This document shows, piece after piece, positions 25,931 to 38,347 of a stretch of 64,000 bases of DNA (the first letter of the stretch is position 1; each line of letters begins with the position of its first letter). The stretch is from Azolla caroliniana (lineage: Eukaryota > Plantae > Polypodiophyta): contig JBHGNT010000001.1 of the NCBI GenBank assembly GCA_043228905.1, forward strand, positions 15,810,001 through 15,874,000, in the 5' to 3' direction. The notes beneath the pieces are model-generated. The model did no database searches. It was not told where the DNA came from and saw only the letters and a list, made by a program, of their open reading frames with translations. The translations under genes and the position numbers were made by a program.

Positions 25931-27332
25931 ACGTTCTATGTACAACAATGATACAACAACTACCACTTCTACTTTTCAAAGTGGTTGCGCTAAGACATAT
26001 TTATATTTATATGAATTTTGGTCTATTTACAAATATAGCCTCAATAGGCTCACCATGAAACATATTTACACATATATCCTTGGATTTGGTTTGCACCGGA
26101 TCCATCCGGATTCACTCGATCCGGTTTTCGTGTCTCATCCGGAACCCTTCCGGATCTGGTTCCTTCATCCGGATCCCATCCGGAGGGACCGAATTCCCAA
26201 CAGAGAATCATGCTCTTCTTGGGTCTTTGAATAAACCAATAGATCATCCAAATAGATGATCAAACAAACATCCAAGAGATCTCGGAATATATCATTTGCC
26301 ATGTGTTGGAAGACTGTTGGTGCATTACTGAGACCAAATAACATGACTGTATACTCGAAGTGCCCATATTTGGTGCGGAACGCGGTCTTCCATTCATCTC
26401 CTGGTCGGATCCGTACGAGGTTATATGCTCCTCGTAAGTCGATCTTTGTGAAGAACCTTGCACCATTGATCCATTCTAAAAGACATTAGATAAGGCGAAG
26501 TGCATACCTATTCCTGATGGTGACCTTATTCAAGTCGCGGTAGTCTACGAAGAAAATGGGTGTGCCTGTTGGAGATTTTGAATGTCGAATGAAACCATTT
26601 GCCAAATTCTCCTCTATATAGGCTAGAAGGACTTCTAGCTTGGTTGGTGACAAATTGTAGATCGGTCCCCATGGTGGCTCTTTTCCCGGTTGTAAATCGA
26701 TGGGCCAATCATACGGTCGGTGATGAGGAAGTGTATTGGCTTGTACCTTATTGAACACATCGGCATACTCACGATACTTCTCTGGAAGTTGAACTCTGGA
26801 TTCCTCTTTAGTAGTGTTGGAAGGTTTTACTGATACCGCGAAGTCAAACATTGCTTCCTTGCGTCCTTCCTCACGCAATTGTTGTAGTGAAATGGTTGCA
26901 ATCTTATGAGTAGATCCTCGGATTTGTCGATATCGGATTTCTATTGTTCTCCAATCTATGTCTGGGTTATGTAATTCGAACCACTGTAACCCCAAGACAA
27001 TTGGATGATCTCTACTACTAATTATATTAAATGATACTACACACACCAAGTTATCTAGGACAACTTGAATCGACCCTGACTCCTCTACGATTTTTCAGGA
27101 AGCCATGGGACGACCATCAATAACTACTACATATGTTGGGCAAGAAATTTTTCTTAGGGATATTTGATGATCTTGGGCAAAATTCCTATCCATGAAGCAA
27201 GAGTTGGCTCCAGAATCTAAGAGTGCTAAGACATGTACTGGAGGAGTACTTCTAGTACTAACTATTACTTGAGCTAAGAACACATTGCTAACTTTCTTAG
27301 AGGAAATGGAACCACTAATGGGCTGCACATAT

Positions 27333-27385
27333 CTAGGGCTATCCAACCAAACGGCTCCTATTTTGGTTGGACTTAATCGTTTAAC
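27333..27385 (-). promoter_or_regulatory. Predicted gag-pol -1 frameshift signal (G_TTA_AAC plus stem/pseudoknot)
   Basis: Heptamer, then stop, then 11-bp stem GTCCAACCAAA/TTTGGTTGGAT; homologue at 20600-20652. Confidence 0.72.
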
Positions 27386-27982
27386 TCTTCTTCTAGTTGA
27401 CTAAGGATTTCAAATTTGTTTGAAAGGCTTGGGCTATTAGGACTTTCGAACACACCTAGAGAGATAGACTCGGGTTTGGTACTATTAGTACTAGCGGTTA
27501 TTTGATTTACCTACATTCTTGGCCAATGGGAACAGTTCACTGCAATATGCCCCGGTCCACCACAATAAAGAATTAATTGATTTGCTCGGTGTCGTTGCTT
27601 TTCTTCTTCCGTTAGTGGTCCACGACGACGTGTCGTGTCAATTTCCATTGGATTCGGAGTATTTGTTGGAGACGTATTAAATGACTCCCTTGGGAAAGGC
27701 TTTGCTACAACTGAAGCATAGGTGGGCTCCGATCTTGCCCTCGACATTTGAAACTAACGTTCCGAACGTCATTCGAAGAGGCAGTTATCGCATCGTACTG
27801 CGCGACTGATTGCTTCTATCAATGACTTTGGTTCTTCGGGGAAAGTCAAGAGTAAATCCTTGACATCGTTACATAGGCCATAATGAAATTGCTCCATTAA
27901 TGCTTGGTCATCCTAGGGGATATCGAAGGCGAGTAGACGGAAATCTACAGCGTATGTAGAGGCTGGATGGTCACCTTAACGT

Positions 27983-30900
27983 TGTCGCGTTGTTACGCGC
28001 GTGCGTGGAGAATGAGGCGGGACCACGAGGTCCTTGGACCGAGAAATAACCGAATGAGAAGAGGGGAAGGAAACTACCGATGTACTTCACACGCGCACAG
28101 ACACATCAATTCACAGGAGCTGCAACTAACTCTGAACAATGGAGACAGAACAAATGTATATGTATATATAAACCAAGGAGTTAGAACCGGCAAGCCGGCG
28201 AGTGATAGGCTCCGATGCCTACACGCACACACACACGCACACACACAGAGAACGCGAGATGGAGACTCTGTCGGAAGCACTCGGGTGTTCCGCGGAGCAG
28301 AGTCAGCCTCCCAAAACCTGCACAGAATGACTATGGACAAGACAAAGGAGAAGAGCTCAGTTCTAGTCCGGTAGCACTTCGTCCTCCACAAAACGCGATA
28401 TCCCCCCTTTTACAATACATCTCCCTCTCTTTTATATCCCAAGGAGGGAGGCCATTACCACCCGTTACATCATGTTTATTCCCCATCCTTTCGGACAGGG
28501 ATACGCCTCGATTTTTTTTTCCCTAATGAATGCGTGCTACTTAGTATTTCACCTCAACCGACTTGAACCTGCCTACGTACTATACAACAAAACTTGTGCC
28601 CACGTGTAAGGCCCGGTTTACGCACGTTATACCCAGTTTCCGCCTAGGGACGGTTTTCTCCACGACATCCGCCCCCACCTAACCGCGCATCCACTGGTAT
28701 GCGCCAAAATTAGACTCTTGCCTGAGAAGACTGGCCCACGCTTATCCTTTGTCTTCCGGACCGACATCCGTTCCGAGCCAGTCGTTGTCGCTATCCAAGT
28801 CGTCCGGGTCCGGTTCAGCCTCGTGCCGTTTTTTGAATCCTTTGATCCTTTTCCCCGCCACCGGTACCACCATCCTTGTCCCGTCGAGCTCCGCGAGATG
28901 GTAGGTCCCATTGTCGTTGGTGCTTGTCACCACATAAGGCCCGAACCACCTTCTTGTAAACTTCCACATTGCCATGTGTTGGTTGTCGAGGCTGTTGTCA
29001 TACACTAGAACCCAATCGCCTTCCTCGATCTTCTTTGGTCTCAATCGGTGAGTCTGGTCAAACCGTCCTTTGTTCTTTACCCTCGCCACCCGTAGCTTCT
29101 CCGCGGCTCGGTCCACGTCCTCCGGTCTTCACTCCAGCTACCGAATTCGTGCCGCTAACAGCTCCTCCTAGCTCATCTCGTCTTTCCAGTCCACCGTGGC
29201 CCATGAGGAGATTGTCTGCTCCATTGGCATGATCGGCTTCTGCCCGTACATTAGCTCTGTCGGCATGAACCCGGTTACCGAATTGTGCGTAGTTCGGTCC
29301 ACCCACAACGCATAGGGTAAGAGCCGCGACCTGTTCCCGACTTGGCCTCCACACACCCGTACTAACGCTTTGACGATCAGCCCATGTCCGCGTTCCACCT
29401 TCAGAGGTGGATTGTATGTTGTGGTGAGCGAGAGTTTAATCCCTAGTCGAGCAAACAGCTCTTCCGCCTCTTGCGCGTCCAATTCTCCGTGGTCGGCCAC
29501 GATCTTACCTACGCACCCGTACCATCATACCACTTCTTCGATTAGAAATCGGCACACGGTCGTGGTCGTTTTGTTCTGCAATGCTCGGTTTTCCACCTGG
29601 TTCGTCAGGTCCTCCCGAGCCAGCACCAGATACCGCATCTGCCCTATCCCCACCGGTATCGTCACCAGATCCACCATCCACTTGAAGTGGACAATCGGAG
29701 GGCAGGTCGGGTGAAGCTCGTCCCGATGTCGGACTATGGAGTGCACCTGACAACTTTCGCAAGTCGTCACGAACCGATGCACGTCCTAGTATAGTCCCGG
29801 CCACCAATACTTCCCCTTTAGCTTCTCGAATGTGGCCCACGTCCCACGGTGTCTAGTCTAGGGACTCTCGTGGTATGCCGTCAGTAATTCTTCCTGTACC
29901 TCTTTCTTCGCCACCACTCAAAACGGGATGTCGTTTCTCTTATTCGGGTGTTTCCATATGCTCTCGTCCCATAGGAAGAATCGGTACGCTTTCCTCCAAA
30001 TCCGGTTGGTCTCTTCCTTCGCCCACTCCGCATCTGGTGTCATTATCTTTAGGAACCCGCCGATCTGGAGCCACTCCCCGTCGTACTTGCTCTCATCGAA
30101 TTCGTTAAGCGCCGGAGTGCTCCCCTTTCTTGTTGTTACGTAAGCCGCTTCGAAGAAGTCCACGCCGACTTCCTCGCCCTCCGAAACCATGTTGTCCTCG
30201 TCATCGAACCTCGCTCTCGAAAGCATGTCGGCCATGGCATTGTCTTTTCCGGAAATGTGTCGCATTTCCGGATTCAGGGACTTGATGTATGCGATCCACC
30301 TGATCATTGCCAGGTCTGGCGTCGCGCATCCGGAAACCATGCTGAGAATCGGGCAGGCAATCCGTCTCGATTATCACCTATGTCCCGATCAGGTAGTCTT
30401 TATTTGCCTTGACCGCCGAAACGATACCCCAGAGTTTGCGTTTAACCTGGGCGTACCATCACTGTCACTCACTGAGGACTTTTGCGCTGAACCGGATGGA
30501 GAACCTCACACCGTCATCATCCTCTTGGTTGATCACTCATCCGATCCCAGTTGGGTTCTTGTCCACTGTGACGTAAATGGGGACTTCCTTGTCGTAAACC
30601 GCTTTCCGTAGAGCCGGTCCCGCGGCAAGCGCCTCCTTCAATCTCCGGACCGACTCCGTGTGCTCCGTCCTCCATTCGAACTGGCACCCTTTCTTTAATA
30701 AACCGTAAAGCGGCTCCGCGACATGCGCGTAGTGCGGAATCTAGATGTGATAGAACGCACATGCCCCCAGGATCCTTCGAACCTCCGTGACCGACCCGCA
30801 ATCATCCTTCATCGCGGAGATGGCCTCTACCTTCGCCGGGGACAGGTTCCGGCCGTAAGGCCCGCACAGGTGTCCAACTACCAGGATCTCCGGTTGTACG

Positions 30901-33900
30901 AAGGCTAATTTTTCTCCGGAGAAGGTGAGCCGCGCGCTCTCGAGTCTTTGTAGCACCTTTTCGCAGTCGCGGATGTGATCCGTCACGAAGCTCCGGCAAC
31001 CGTCGGGCCCGACCGACTCATCCTTGTCCTCCACTGGACATCCTTTGATCGGGATGTCATCCAGAAATGGCATGGTGATGTCCGGGATGCAATCCCTCAA
31101 CACCTTGTTCATCGCATTCACCATGTGCGCCACCGAGTTCGTTCCCCCTTGCGGTAGGGTACACATCTGAACTAGGCCGAGAGGAGTCCACATCGTCGTG
31201 ACATCCCTGCTCTCTACGGCTAGTTGGAACTAATCGTACCCTGAGTACAGATCCCCGACCGAGTAGATCGACCTCCTTGCGAAGGCCTCTGCGAACTCAT
31301 CAATGGTCAGTCTGATACCTACGTTTCGAATGGTCACCTTGTTGACCGGCTACAAGTCCTGTATGAAGCGCAGTGTGTCGTTCTTCTTCAGCACGGTAAA
31401 CCACCGATTCGAATATGGGGCACTCAACGGTTCGAGGATGCCCATTTCCACCTTCTATTTCAGCAGCTCCATCAGCTTCGGGATGTGAGCTCTGGGTACC
31501 AGAATCGGTTTGAGATTCCACCGCACATGCGGTACTGTGAAGATCACCATTGGTTCCACAACTGTCGGGTCTACACACCCGATCTCCTTCGGTGAGAATG
31601 CGAAAGCCTTCCCATGCCTCCCGAGCATTCTCCGAAACCGGTCCTCTTCCGCCGGCAGTAAAAAGCCACCCCCACCGATCTTGAGCTCTTGTAGCGTTAT
31701 GTCGGTGAACGTGTGTCCTATGCTGGCCAGATCTCGTAAACTTGGGTCCGATGCGACCCCCTTTATCCATAACTCGCTGCCCTCTGGTCCATAGTCTTGT
31801 ACTTTGTATCCACTCGGACTGTCTGATCCGACTCGAGTCGATTACCGAAGTCAGCGATGACTTCATACATCCTTTCCGAACATACCGGAATCGTTCGGTC
31901 CTCATTAAGGCCTTGTCCGAACACCTCTCGTAACTTCCCCAAGGTGTCGTCGAAAGAGACCGCCTCCACGGCCCCGTTGATTTCCTCTTGAGGGCCGAGG
32001 ACTCCGCATGCCCGAAGTCGCTCCTCCACCTACTTCTTTTCCCAGCCAACTACGTTGGCCATCGTACAACCTCCGCTATCGGAGAACCAAAATTTCCTAC
32101 CTATGGTACAGGTCTTTTTGCCTATAGTACATCTGTGGGGTTTTTCCAGGGTTTCCGGACTATCGCGGCCCCACGCCTTGATAGCCCTCTCTAAAAATCC
32201 TCTTAGTTTTCGCCACTGAGGGTCTCACGGTTACGCTCATGGTTCGGTCGCATCGTCAGGAACTAGACCGAGTGACGCCCATCCTGGCTCTGGACTCGTG
32301 CATATGCCGAACCATTGTCCAACACCTTTGTCTCCATCCGTGCCGCCGTGATGTACGGTTCCTCGAGTATAACCAGATGCGACGACGTCTCCTGCACGAA
32401 GAAGTGTTGATCGATCTCGACATCGCCGATCTTCACTCGTACATTCGGGCAAGCTCCATGTAGCTCTTCCATGGCGTGCGTTGCTGCCCGTATCTTCCAC
32501 CCGTGCTTGGTGTTGATCGACCACTTCCCCTTCTTGTAGAAGTCCATCGACATCAAGTTGATTTCTGAACCATGGTCCACCAACGCCACCACCGGCTCCT
32601 GAACATCTCCGATCTTGACGGGGGTCTCCATGGTTGCTTTGGCCCAATGTGGCCTTGAATAGTGGCTCTCTGCCAACTCTTCTTCTAGAGCCATGTCTTC
32701 TAGATGCGTCGTTCGCACCTCCACCGACTTCTCCGGCTCCGGCTCCATCGAAAGCCTTTTCCGCTTCACCAAGTCTACGACGGAGTCGTGGAACTCCTTC
32801 TTGGCGATACAACACTTCCCTCAGCGATAGCTCCACTTTGTTGTCGAGGATCCGTTCCTCCAGGACCTTTCGTAGGTCCATGGTTCTTTCGATCTCTATG
32901 CTCAACCGATAACCGGCTCTCCTGGCCTTATCTGGTGCGTCGGTCGCACCGGCATCATTCTGCTTTTGCCCGAACCGGGTCTCATACCGTTGTGAGGGTC
33001 CGACCCCTCCGATCTTACCCGCACACTTGTCCTCCACTAGAACCTCGTAGGTTTGGCAAGCGGCTTCAACGAAACCCGTCTTCTCTTCAACTGGGTCACT
33101 CCACCTGGTTGCCTCCCGGACCCATCTTTCCGCGCAGTCCGCTTCCTCTTTCCTCAATCGTACGCCGGCGAGGCCTTCCAACACCAACGGCCAGAATCCG
33201 ACTTCCTTTGTCTTCCGGACTTCATCACTTCCGACCCGGATTCTAGCCGACGCCGCGTAGTGAACAATCTCTGCGTGCCAAGCTGTCGCTACTTCCATCA
33301 GCCGTTTCATACCCCCTCATCCGACATTCAGATCCAGGGCCCTCCGGGTCTCGCTAGCATGCACCCAACCAATCCACATTAGCTCTTATCGCTTCGGCAA
33401 AGTCCCCGCAATCCTTTCGGGCGTGGCCGACCGCGTCGCACCACAAGCACCGGTTCCTAGTCGGTGGCCTTCAGTCACGGACTTGTTCGCCGCCGTCCCT
33501 CCGTGCTTGTGCAATCTCGAGGTCCCTCACCATCTAAGTCAGCTCCTTCAGAGCCGCTCCTCCGGACGAGCCTTTGACCATGCCGGTCAAAGTCTAGCCG
33601 GTCTCGAGCCAGTCTCGGGTCTCTTCCCTTCGCACCGGTGGGGGTACCTCGACCATTCTTGTCGCAATAGAACCTGACCCCGTCAAGCCTTTATCGACCC
33701 ACTCACGTCGTTTGTCAAAATGGCCACAAACTCTCTTTACCACGGCCCAGTCGGTTGTTAGGCCGTCATCGGTCTCCAGCAAGAAGCCCACTTGGTCCCG
33801 GTTCCTTACGTCCACCGATTTAACGAACAATAGGACACGACTTGTGTCTAGTACGGTCCGGTCTAGCGCCGAAAGACGTGCGAAGCGTTCTTCAAACTCC

Positions 33901-36900
33901 CGAAGGAGCACCGACGCGTTTCTCCCCTTTTCGGGGATCACCCTCAGTACCCTTGGACGGAGACATGCCACAGAGAGTGTGGACCGGTAAGGAAGTATCC
34001 TACCGGCATTTGAAGGTGTTCGGGTGTCTCGTGTACGTGCATGTAGCTAAGGACCGGAGAGGAAAGTTAGATCCAAAGACCCGGCCATGCATATTCCTCG
34101 GTTACGGTGACGATGAGTTCGGCTACCGAGTGTGGGACCTGGTCAACAAGAAGGTATTCCGGAGTCGATATATTATCTTCATGGAGAACAAGACGCTCGC
34201 CGACTGGGAGTCGAAGAAGAAGATAATGAACTCCGAGTCGACCGACAAGGATCGACTCTACGATGAGCAGACCCAACCGGCGAGAGACCGGTTAGCACTT
34301 GAAGAACCAGCCGGATATGGTGAGTATACCGGACAGGCTGAAGAAGAAGTAGAGGAAGCCAAATCCGGAACCGGCCAAGACCCTGAATCGGATTCGGATG
34401 AAGAGCAAATGGATGAGCCAGTCACTGAAGCCCGAAGACGGAGATATCCTCTCAGAGAGAGAAGGGCCCCCCGGAGATTTCCGGATGCAGAGCATGTTCT
34501 GCTGACCGATGAGGGGGAGCCGGAAAGCTTCGAAGAAGCGAAGGAAGACACCCAAAGCCGAAAATGGTTAAGTGCCATGCAGGACGAGAAGGATTCCCTG
34601 CATGAGAACCATACGTACGAATTGGTGGAGTTGCCGAAAGGAAATCGGGCAGTCCGAAACAAGTGGGTGTACAAGTTGAAACCGGGTGATGTCGGAAACC
34701 CCCCGAGACACAAAGCCAGGATCGTGGTGAAGGGGTTCAGCAGAAGAAGGGCGTGGACTTCGACGAGATATTTGCCCCGGTAGTAAAGATGACCTCCATC
34801 CGGACAGTGCTGAGTATAGTAGCAAGCATGGACCTCGAGGTAGAGCAGCTGGACGTGAAGACGACATTCCTTCACGGTGACCTCCACGAGGAGATTTACA
34901 TGCAGCAACCGAAAGGATTCGTGGAGAAAGGGAAGGAGCACCTGGTATGCCGGTTGAAGAAGAGCCTGTACGGACTGAAGGAGGCTCCCAGACAATGGTA
35001 CCGGACGTTCGATTCCTTCATGACCGATCAAGGGTACCACAAGACACAGGCCGATCACTGTGTGTTTGTGAAGAAGTTCGAAGGAGGCGACTTCCTAATA
35101 CTCCTTCTGTACGTGGATGACATGTTGATTGTCGGACGTGACCAAGTCAAAATACGGATGCTAAAGAAGGCTCTCAACCGAACCTTCTCAATGAAAGACT
35201 TGGGTCCGGCAAGACAGATGCTGGGGATGCACATCATCCGGAATCGGTCAGCGAAGCAATTATGGCTGTCACAAGAGAAGTATGTGACAAAGGTGCTTCA
35301 CCGGTTCAACATGTCAAAAGCGAAACCGGTCGGATTGACACTTCCGGCAAACTGCAGGCTATCCGGCAAGCAAAGCCCGAAGACGAAAGCAGAGAAGGCG
35401 GATATGATGTAGATTCCATATGCCTCTGCCATCGGGAGCTTGATGTACGCAATGGTTTGTACTCGACCGGATATAGGATACGCAGTCGGAGTGGTGAGCC
35501 GGTTCATGAGTAATCCCAACAAGGAGCTCTGGAACGCGGTCAAATGGATACTCCGGTATTTGAAGGGCACTTCAAATATGTGTCTCTGATTCGGCTCCGG
35601 AAAACCTCAACTAGACGGTTTCACCGATTCGGACATGTCGGCTGATGTTGATACCAGCCGGTCTACATCCGGGTATGTAATGACATATGCAGGGGGAGCT
35701 GTTTCGTGGCAGTCGAGGCTGCAGAAGACAGTTGGATTGTCAACCACGGAGGCGGAGTACATGGAAGTTGTGGAAGCCGGCAAGGAAATTTTATGGATGA
35801 AGGACTTCATCGAAGAGCTCGGTATCCGGCAAGAGGAATACCGACTCTATTGCGACAATCAAAGCACCATCCATCTTGTTAAAAAAGCGGCCTACCATTC
35901 CCGGAGGAAGCATATCCAGCGTAGATGACCAGGAGTTCGCACTAACGAAGATCCACACGGCCGAGAACGGGTCAGATATGCTGACCAAAGTTTTGACACA
36001 CGACAAGCTGGACGCATGCTGGAAGAGGATCGGACTGGTAAGACACCCCATGCCGGAGTGAAGGGGGAGTTTGTTGGGAGACAAGTCCCTCCGGATGGGA
36101 AGGGAGAAGAACAGTGCTGATGAACAAACTCGGGAAACCGTATGAAGAGTACCCGTCTACAAAGAAGCCGGATGATACAGACCCGGTGAAGACCGGATGA
36201 GGAGTATCTGGCTACGGAGAGCCGGATGATACAGACCCGGTGAAGACCGGATGAGGAGTACCCGGCGACGGAGAGCCAGATGGTGCTGACCCGGTATGAA
36301 CCGGATGAAGAGACATATTCGTAAATATGTTTTCTGAGAGTTCATCGAGGCTATATTTGTAAATAGTCGAAAAGTCATATTAGTATAAATATGACTTAGG
36401 GCAAACTTTTAGTTGCTGTTGTTGTTGTCAATTATGTTTAGCACGAGATCAATGTGCGTAACTGTACAGAAAGAGAGAGAGAAAGAGATCGTTGCCTCTG
36501 TTGTAACCGCCGCCTGTGGCGAAGATCTGTGAGCACGAGGTCGTTGCCTCAATGAACTCACTATTGTACATTCTTACATAGTGACAGTTTGGAGCTTGTG
36601 GGCTGCCGTGGTTTTTTCCCCTAGTTTGGGGTTTTCCACGTAAACCTCCTGTGTATCTTCCTCTTCTTTGTGTTGTGTTTTATTTCCCGTTTTCTGTGTA
36701 TCATTCTAAGCTTGGTTGTGGCCGAGCGTTGCGCATAAGGAGCGTTGAGTTCCCGTCAGATACGCCTCGATTATTTTTTCCCGAATGAATGCGTGCTACT
36801 TAGGATTTCACCTCAGCCAACTTGTACCCGCCTACGTACTATACAAAAAAACTTGTGCCCATGTGTAAGGGCCGGTTTACGCATGTTATACCCGGTTTCC

Positions 36901-36926
36901 GCCTAGGGACGGTTTTCTCCACGACA
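27983..36926 (-). mobile_element. Non-chromovirus Ty3/gypsy element A (TGTCG...CGACA ends, FLDD RT)
   Basis: 3' LTR 27983-28667, 5' LTR remnant 36759-36926, PPT 28668-28680; PR ALVDHGSE, RT PFLDDIPIKG, RH ADMLSR, INT WFGPY; flanked by ACGT on both sides. Confidence 0.9.
33936..36758 (+). mobile_element. 3' half of a copia family-1 element (INT end, RT, RH, 3' LTR 36072-36758)
   Basis: LYVDDML and CDN motifs; PPT GAAGGGGGAG. Inserted in the 5' LTR of element A, with a deletion junction near 33936. Confidence 0.92.
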
Positions 36927-38347
36927 ACGTTGTCGTAGTGTAATTCGCACACTACGTGAAAAATTACATTTTTGGTTTCTCCGGATAGGATATGGAGTAC
37001 CCAGTGAGAACCAGAAGGAAGAACCGGTGAGGACCGAAACCGGTAAGGAGACCGGCAAGAGCCGGATGAAGAAGGCCAGTGAGAGTCGGTGAGAAACGGA
37101 CGAAGAGGGCCGGTAAGGAGGATCCGGTAAGAACCGGATAAAGAAAACCGGCGAGAACCGGATGAAGCAGAACCGGCAAGAGCCGGATGAAGAAGGTCAG
37201 CAAGAGTCTCTCACCAGATGAAGAGACATATTTGTAAATAGAAGAAAGTATAAAATTATATATTACATGCATAGGGCAATATTCGAACCTTGCACCTCCA
37301 TGTTAATAATGTTAAGCCTTATCATTATACTAGCGTATTATGAATTTTAAAGTTATACTAAACTTTATCCCATGTAAAATTTCTAGACATGCATGGTACA
37401 AAAAGTTATTCATGCATAGACACTCGAGTTAAAAAGAAAAAGATGAGATAGAAAGCTAATTATGCACATGCAGTGTGCATGAAAACTAAAGATAGGAAAA
37501 GCATGATACTTGCATGTGATAAACTTAGACTCTTCCAACACTATATAAGGAAGAGAGAAAGATGTATAGAGGTTGTTGATTATTTTACAAGGGTTGATTA
37601 ATGTAATATAATCGTGGGATCCACGAATTTGCTAACTATTTTTCTCTCTTAATTTGAGTACTCACTAATACACTATACTCGTGGGATTCATGAGTTTTTC
37701 ATATCTTTCTTTCTTACAATATATTTCACATTCTTAATTGCCTTAGAATTTTCTTTCCTCCTAGTCCAAAACCCTAGTGGTTCCCACCCGACTCACGTAA
37801 CGATCCGGAGCCGAAAGGCACGACACAAGTCGTGAACCCAACGTGAAAACGGGTGGCAAGGAGATGGAAAATCAACCGGAGGCGAACAACATGATGATGA
37901 TGTTCGAGCGGATACTTCAGGAACAACGTGTGATGTCGAAGATAGCGGCGGTAGTAGAGCGGCTCATGCAACGGATCGGGCAATTCAACGGAAAGGACGT
38001 ATCACGCTATCTTCGGGACTACAAGGCGGAAATGCTACGGTGCGGGATTTCGAAAGGAATGCAAGTGGCATCCTTCAACCGGGTGGCTATCGACAGGCTT
38101 CAAGCAAGTATCCACGGGCTACGACAACAAAATCCGACGTGGGAAGCATTTGAAGAGGCGCTAAAGAGCACGTTCGCTATCGAGGACTCTTCCAAGGCAA
38201 TGCAGAGAGGATTCGAGGATTGGGTAGAAACGCTGGACAAGGGGATGAAGGTCCTCGATATGTTTTTGGCATTCAAAAGTCGGTTCGGGAGGTTGTCGGC
38301 GAGAGATCAAGCTATCCTCGCACTGGACAAAGTTATCATGTTCTTAC

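Larger units (their letters stand above)
8825..26202 (-). mobile_element. Fragmented Ty1/copia element (family 1) hosting several nested insertions
   Basis: 5' LTR 25623-26202, PBS TGGTATCA 25612-25619, gag pieces 25402-25596, 19119-19250 and 10583-11259, INT 8825-9914. All are collinear with the intact relative at 38348-43794. Confidence 0.85.

Noticed and set aside
28559-28569. B-box-like GGTTCAAGTCG in the element A LTR
   Set aside because: Sense orientation, no clear A-box, and altered in the other LTR copy.
34258-35058. Long antisense ORFs opposite copia and gypsy pol
   Set aside because: Shadow ORFs of GC-rich coding sequence with no recognisable motifs.
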